Source of the DNA: an uncultured Pseudomonadota bacterium
Lineage (GTDB): Bacteria > BMS3Abin14
DNA length: 11,100 nucleotides
Reading direction: 5' to 3'
Assembly: GCA_964454175.1 (NCBI GenBank)
Contig: CAYVSA010000060.1
Coordinates: forward strand, 1 to 11,100
The translations under genes and the position numbers were made by a program. The notes under the pieces were generated by a model. The model ran no database searches and had not been told where the DNA came from. It was given only the letters and a program-made list of their open reading frames with translations. This document shows positions 7,379 to 11,100 of the stretch, one piece after another (the first letter of the stretch is position 1; every line of letters starts with the position of its first letter).

Positions 7379-7494
7379 TGTCAGCTCCTCCCTGAAGTAT
7401 CAGTTATTCATTAGAAAGACTGGGTCGTTGCACTTGCTACATTGGAGGGCGGTGATTTCACAGTTAACATACGCAACTAATTCTGAGGCTCCGG

Positions 7495-9216
7495 CTAGTT
7501 TCCTCCACTTGTAGGTGAGTCAGGCCCAGTCCCTGGAGGCAATTTATTTCCTGAGCCCGCACCTGGTTGTCCAGGGTCCGGCAGTGTACCGACGAGGTCG
7601 CCAGTTGTTTTAGGTTCGCTGCCGAATGGTGTGTCGATCTCCTTCCCACCGGAACTTTCGTTGAGAATATAGGGGCTGGTTTTTGTATCCATAACCGTCT
7701 TGGAGTCTATCGCCTGCGGCCGGTTACCAGTGACCGAAGATGTCCCGGAGCCGTCCCGGCCAGTGTTGATCAGTGTGTCGCGGGGATTCAGGAGAGACCT
7801 GTCCCTTGCAAACCCTGATGCCTCGACCCATACCATGAACTCTTTGCACTGCTGGGAAACACAATCAGCTGCTTCGGGATCGGGATTACATTGCCACCCG
7901 GTGCAGGAGTACTCCCATGTGGTGTTGCCGTCTTTGTCGGTTGCTGAAGCGTACTGTTCAGAAGTTTTACTCCCGTCACTACCGGTGATCTCTGTTACTG
8001 TGTGCGTTGAGCTGGAACCGTCTGAACTTTCCGTTGTCACCGTGCTGGATTTTGTGCTATTGCCGTCTGAATCATCGGTGTCCAGGTCACTTGATGTCAC
8101 AGTAGTCTTACCCCCGGAATTACCGCTGGTCCCCCCGGATGAATCACCGGAGCCGCTACCCGAAGCATCCCCCGAAGAGCCGTCAGACCCTCCTGATGGG
8201 GCCCCTTCGTTGCCGCTTGGTGCCGGACTGCCCGCTTCCGGTTTGTCGGCAGTTCCTTGTTCAGACCCCTGGACTTGCTGCGTGGGGGCCATCGCACGGG
8301 AGTCCCCGAGGCCAGGCGAATCCGGCAGGCCTCCCTTTGCCGGATTACCAGGAGACCCTCGATCAAGGGAAAGGTTTCCGGAACGCTGCTGTAATTCGGT
8401 CAAGCCAGACATTGAGCCAGGGCCTGAAACGCTACCCTGGGCTCCTCCCCTGAGTCTGTCCAGGGCGGTTGAGGGATCCTGCAGTCCAGTATCAGCACCG
8501 GTTCCGGGAAGCTGGCCGAGCTTTCCCAAATCTCCCTGGCTGCTTTCAAGCTGTGTGGATCTCCTCGGAGTCTGTCTTAAACGGGCCGTAGGTGCTTTTG
8601 AAACCCACCTGCTTTGCGAGGACAGTGAATCGCTTTGTCCTGGTGCAGCTGTTCTCGTTGAAGCGGAAGAGCTTCTCTTGACGTTGGATGTAGAATGCTG
8701 TTTTGTCTGATGTCTCGTCTTAATGACATTTGATGTCATGGCCGTTTGTCGTGTTGACTTCTGACGGGCGATGACATTGAAACTCAGCTTTTTAACAGAC
8801 CTTCTGCCGCTATTTTCATAGAGGATGAGGCTGTAAGTGCCATTATCCGCCGTCAGAGACGGTGTGAGGGTAATATAGCGGCTGGACCTGGACTCAGTCT
8901 TCCTGACCTGTTCGAGTACCGCTGAAACCTCCGTATCAGGCTGAACACGAACAGTATCGATCATCTGGAGATTGTTCCCAAAAAGAGTGATCTTTACCGG
9001 TCCGCCCCCTGGTTGTATCGAGATGGATGCAGGGTTAGCGGAGCGGACGGAAGCTGGAAGGGCCATTGCAGACACCGTCCTCTTAGAAGCTGCCTGAGGC
9101 GACTTTCGGGTCGACGGTACACGTCGCTGACCGGCCGCTTTAGCTGATGCAGGATTGAAGACAGATATTGTGAAAAATATGAACAGCGAAGCTGCAATAA
9201 AAAGTTTTCTTTTCAC
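7495..9216 (-). CDS. Secreted protein (573 aa): one IPT/TIG-like Ig domain, long Gly/Ser/Thr low-complexity region, C-x4-C-x8-C-x4-C motif
   Basis: GGAGGTG RBS before GTG 9216; signal peptide MKRKLFIAASLFIFFTISVFNPASAKA. SVRSANPASI...VKITLFGNNL...ADNGTYSLIL...FNV is an IPT/TIG-like pattern. Confidence 0.85.
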   Translation of the reverse strand: MKRKLFIAASLFIFFTISVFNPASAKAAGQRRVPSTRKSPQAASKRTVSAMALPASVRSANPASISIQPGGGPVKITLFGNNLQMIDTVRVQPDTEVSAVLEQVRKTESRSSRYITLTPSLTADNGTYSLILYENSGRRSVKKLSFNVIARQKSTRQTAMTSNVIKTRHQTKQHSTSNVKRSSSASTRTAAPGQSDSLSSQSRWVSKAPTARLRQTPRRSTQLESSQGDLGKLGQLPGTGADTGLQDPSTALDRLRGGAQGSVSGPGSMSGLTELQQRSGNLSLDRGSPGNPAKGGLPDSPGLGDSRAMAPTQQVQGSEQGTADKPEAGSPAPSGNEGAPSGGSDGSSGDASGSGSGDSSGGTSGNSGGKTTVTSSDLDTDDSDGNSTKSSTVTTESSDGSSSTHTVTEITGSDGSKTSEQYASATDKDGNTTWEYSCTGWQCNPDPEAADCVSQQCKEFMVWVEASGFARDRSLLNPRDTLINTGRDGSGTSSVTGNRPQAIDSKTVMDTKTSPYILNESSGGKEIDTPFGSEPKTTGDLVGTLPDPGQPGAGSGNKLPPGTGPDSPTSGGN

Positions 9217-9264
9217 TTGGTCACCTCCTGCTTCAGGAAAATCGATTCCATTTTACTCAAATAA

Positions 9265-9273
9265 ATTATATCA
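9265..9273 (-). promoter_or_regulatory. Extended -10 promoter for the minus-strand cluster
   Basis: Minus strand TG-A-TATAAT (9273-9265), a perfect TGn-TATAAT about 50 nt upstream of GTG 9216. No recognisable -35. Confidence 0.6.
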
Positions 9274-9561
9274 GGGCCCCGGAGGGTAAAGTTTCACCTG
9301 TCCAGGTTAATTAAAATCCGGACTCCTGGGTCGTCTATTACCCATTCAGGAAACAGGAGCCCAAGCCAACTTCATTATTTAGCCGAAAAATGATCGTGCC
9401 CACACGAGGCGCTGCTACCCCCGACACCGGATCTATGAGTTCACTCTGAGGCCAGTGGGGCGTCTGTGGGAGGATCAAGAGTGCCGAGGTCAGAGATAGA
9501 AAAGCATTTGGCCTCAAACGCTGTTTTATTTTAGCAGAGTTCATTTTAATTTTCAAAAGGG

Positions 9562-9589
9562 TTGAGCGAGGGTCACATCGTGGTAGTAT
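9562..9589 (+). promoter_or_regulatory. Possible sigma70 promoter for the SDR gene
   Basis: TTGAGC (9562-9567), 16-nt spacer, TAGTAT (9584-9589) with TG at 9581-9582, and an AT-rich tract upstream at 9541-9558. Confidence 0.4.
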
Positions 9590-9628
9590 CCATATTCTGA
9601 CCGGAAAAAAGAAACGGAGGCAATTGTC

Positions 9629-10351
9629 ATGGGAAAACCTCTTGTAGTCATAACGGGAGCCAGTTCCGGAATAGGGGAACAGACGGCGAGGACCTTTTCC
9701 AGAGAGGGATATCCCCTGCTGCTGGCTGCCCGGAGGGTAGAGCGCCTTGAAGCAATGGGACTGCCAGACTGTATCTGCGAAAAGGTGGACGTTACCGACC
9801 TGGATTCATTCGGAGTGGCGATAGAGAAAGCCCAAAAGAAGTTCGGGCCCGTGGACTGTCTCGTTAATAACGCCGGCGTAATGCTCCTGAGCCAGGCGCA
9901 CAGTCAGGATGTTTCCGAGTGGCAGCGGATGCTGGACGTAAACATCGCCGGAGTGCTTAACGGCATCAAGCTGGTCCTGGATGGCATGATAGAGAGGCAA
10001 TCCGGGACAGTCATAAACATCGCCTCAGTTGCCGGTATCAAACCGGGGCCGAACCTGGCGATCTACAGCGGCACCAAGTTCGCGGTCAGGGCGATATCGG
10101 AATCCATACGGGAGGAGGTTGCTCCCCACAACGTGCGCTTTTCTGTAATATCCCCCGGCCTGGTTGAAACCGAGCTCCTGGAGCACACGACGGTGCCCCA
10201 GCTGAGAGAGGGCTTCGAAAAGCTCAAGGAAAACATCGGCGGCTACCTGGATCCGAGGACAATCGCGGAGGCGATACTATTTGCCTACAAACAGCCCCAG
10301 AGTGTTTGTGTAAGGGAGATAGTACTGGCGCCGACGGGCCAGCTGCGCTGA
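9629..10351 (+). CDS. Classical short-chain dehydrogenase/reductase, probably NADP-dependent
   Basis: Cofactor motif TGASSGIG, basic ARR after beta-2, NNAG, catalytic S (ASVAG) and YSGTK, then PGLVET. RBS GGAGG. Confidence 0.95.
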   Translation: MGKPLVVITGASSGIGEQTARTFSREGYPLLLAARRVERLEAMGLPDCICEKVDVTDLDSFGVAIEKAQKKFGPVDCLVNNAGVMLLSQAHSQDVSEWQRMLDVNIAGVLNGIKLVLDGMIERQSGTVINIASVAGIKPGPNLAIYSGTKFAVRAISESIREEVAPHNVRFSVISPGLVETELLEHTTVPQLREGFEKLKENIGGYLDPRTIAEAILFAYKQPQSVCVREIVLAPTGQLR

Positions 10352-10364
10352 CTCTTTCAATCGA

Positions 10365-10793
10365 TCACTTTTCAAGTAGGGCAGGGAACGGCCAACTGCT
10401 CTGGCCTCCCCTTAAGATCAAAAGTCTTTTTTCAGGTATTCCTGTTGATCTCAGGTAGGTGTATGTCCGCTTGGCGCCGCCTGCGCCCCTTGGGCAGACG
10501 ATAACTACAGATTCGCTCCCTGATGAAATATCAGTAAACACCCTGTCCAGTTTTCCCCTGTCCTCATCGCTTTTGACCGGGTAAGCGTAGGTTGATATCG
10601 CTCCCTTGATGTGGTGAGCGTTGTATTCGTCCGCAACCTGGATGTCCAGGATGGTGACACGAGATCCGGACTCGATCATTCCCTTGAGGCCGGTGGGGGA
10701 GATGTATTTGAAGTCCTCCTCTGCAAGGACTACCCCGGCCATAGATATCGACAAGATCACTACGAATATAAAATGTTTGAGGAAAGGTTTCAT
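10365..10793 (-). CDS. Exported single-domain rhodanese-like protein
   Basis: RBS AGGAG; signal peptide MKPFLKHFIFVVILSISMAGVVLA. Motifs ILDIQVADEYNAHHIKGAI, active-site loop VIVCPRGAGG and LRGGQSSW. Confidence 0.92.
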   Translation of the reverse strand: MKPFLKHFIFVVILSISMAGVVLAEEDFKYISPTGLKGMIESGSRVTILDIQVADEYNAHHIKGAISTYAYPVKSDEDRGKLDRVFTDISSGSESVVIVCPRGAGGAKRTYTYLRSTGIPEKRLLILRGGQSSWPFPALLEK

Positions 10794-10845
10794 TAGCTTC
10801 TCCTGGTTTTAGTGCATCTGGAGGTGCATCCGGATCTTTAGTGTA

Positions 10846-10899
10846 CTTATATAACAAGTGATAGCTATTATCAATGCTAACTATAGATACCAAATATAG
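10846..10899 (-). promoter_or_regulatory. LysR-type operator (T-N11-A boxes) overlapping a putative promoter of the rhodanese gene
   Basis: Perfect dyad CTATA-N9-TATAG at 10881-10899 and a weaker ATA-N9-AAT at 10861-10875, centres 22 bp apart. The weaker box overlaps minus-strand TTGATA (10874-10869), which is 17 nt from TATAAG (10851-10846). Confidence 0.6.
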
Positions 10900-11100
10900 G
10901 CTATGGGGTGCCTGCAGTAAATCTTTTACCGCCGCCGGTTTGCTGGAGAGTTTCCGGTTTCGCGTTTCCTGATTATAGGATTTGGAAGAAGGGGGTCAGG
11001 ATGCAGTGATCAGGACCAAACGGGGCAGGCCAGAACAGGGTAATATCTCACCAGACCCACGAAACGATGACACCAAAACTGTTTTTCCGGACTTTTGGTA

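Noticed and set aside
8497-8511. LPGTG, a sortase-like LPxTG motif
   Set aside because: It lies mid-protein with no following transmembrane helix or basic tail, and is expected by chance in Gly/Pro-rich sequence.
7700-8710. 336-aa + strand ORF
   Set aside because: Antisense shadow of the low-complexity 573-aa gene (Ser/Pro/Leu/Val-rich mirror composition), with no RBS or recognisable domain.
9320-9362. Imperfect inverted repeat GGACTCCTG...CAGGAGCCC as a riboswitch or ncRNA
   Set aside because: It lies upstream of both predicted promoters and I see no known aptamer motif. An Rfam/Infernal search would settle it.
9338-9556. 72-aa minus-strand ORF in the divergent intergenic region
   Set aside because: TTG start without a convincing RBS and no recognisable protein features.
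78-10893. Remaining short ORFs in the six-frame track (for example 78..485, 2151..2354, 4263..4613, 6295..6750, 10564..10893)
   Set aside because: They overlap better-supported genes on the opposite strand or in another frame and show no motifs of their own.
10900-11100. Gene end, divergent LysR gene or riboswitch at the right edge
   Set aside because: Only short frames without an RBS or recognisable motifs. The 7-bp inverted repeat at 11072-11099 is AT-rich and uninformative. Flanking sequence is needed.

Overview
Bacterial accessory region with no mobile element, CRISPR array or RNA gene that I can support. From left to right on the + strand: the 3' end of a CDS with an intrinsic terminator, then a probable two-gene unit (a small secreted protein of three ELWxxDGT repeats and a HEAT-repeat protein with a probable C-terminal OB-like domain). 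Converging on these is a ~7.3 kb minus-strand cluster of five genes (9216 to 1887) whose products all carry export signals and show no catalytic motif I can recognise. They are an Ig-like (IPT/TIG) plus long Gly/Ser/Thr low-complexity protein, a PsbP/DcrB-like lipoprotein, a PQQ-like beta-propeller with a helical insert, a three-part RcsF/YbjQ-like + ankyrin + WG-repeat protein, and a small 4-Cys protein whose signal peptide is interrupted by an in-frame TAA. On the right are a divergent classical SDR oxidoreductase and a convergent exported rhodanese preceded by LysR-type T-N11-A boxes. The five-gene exported cluster is the best candidate for an undescribed system. Several start codons in the ORF track are revised using RBS and signal-peptide evidence. 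All domain calls are by eye; no database search was run.
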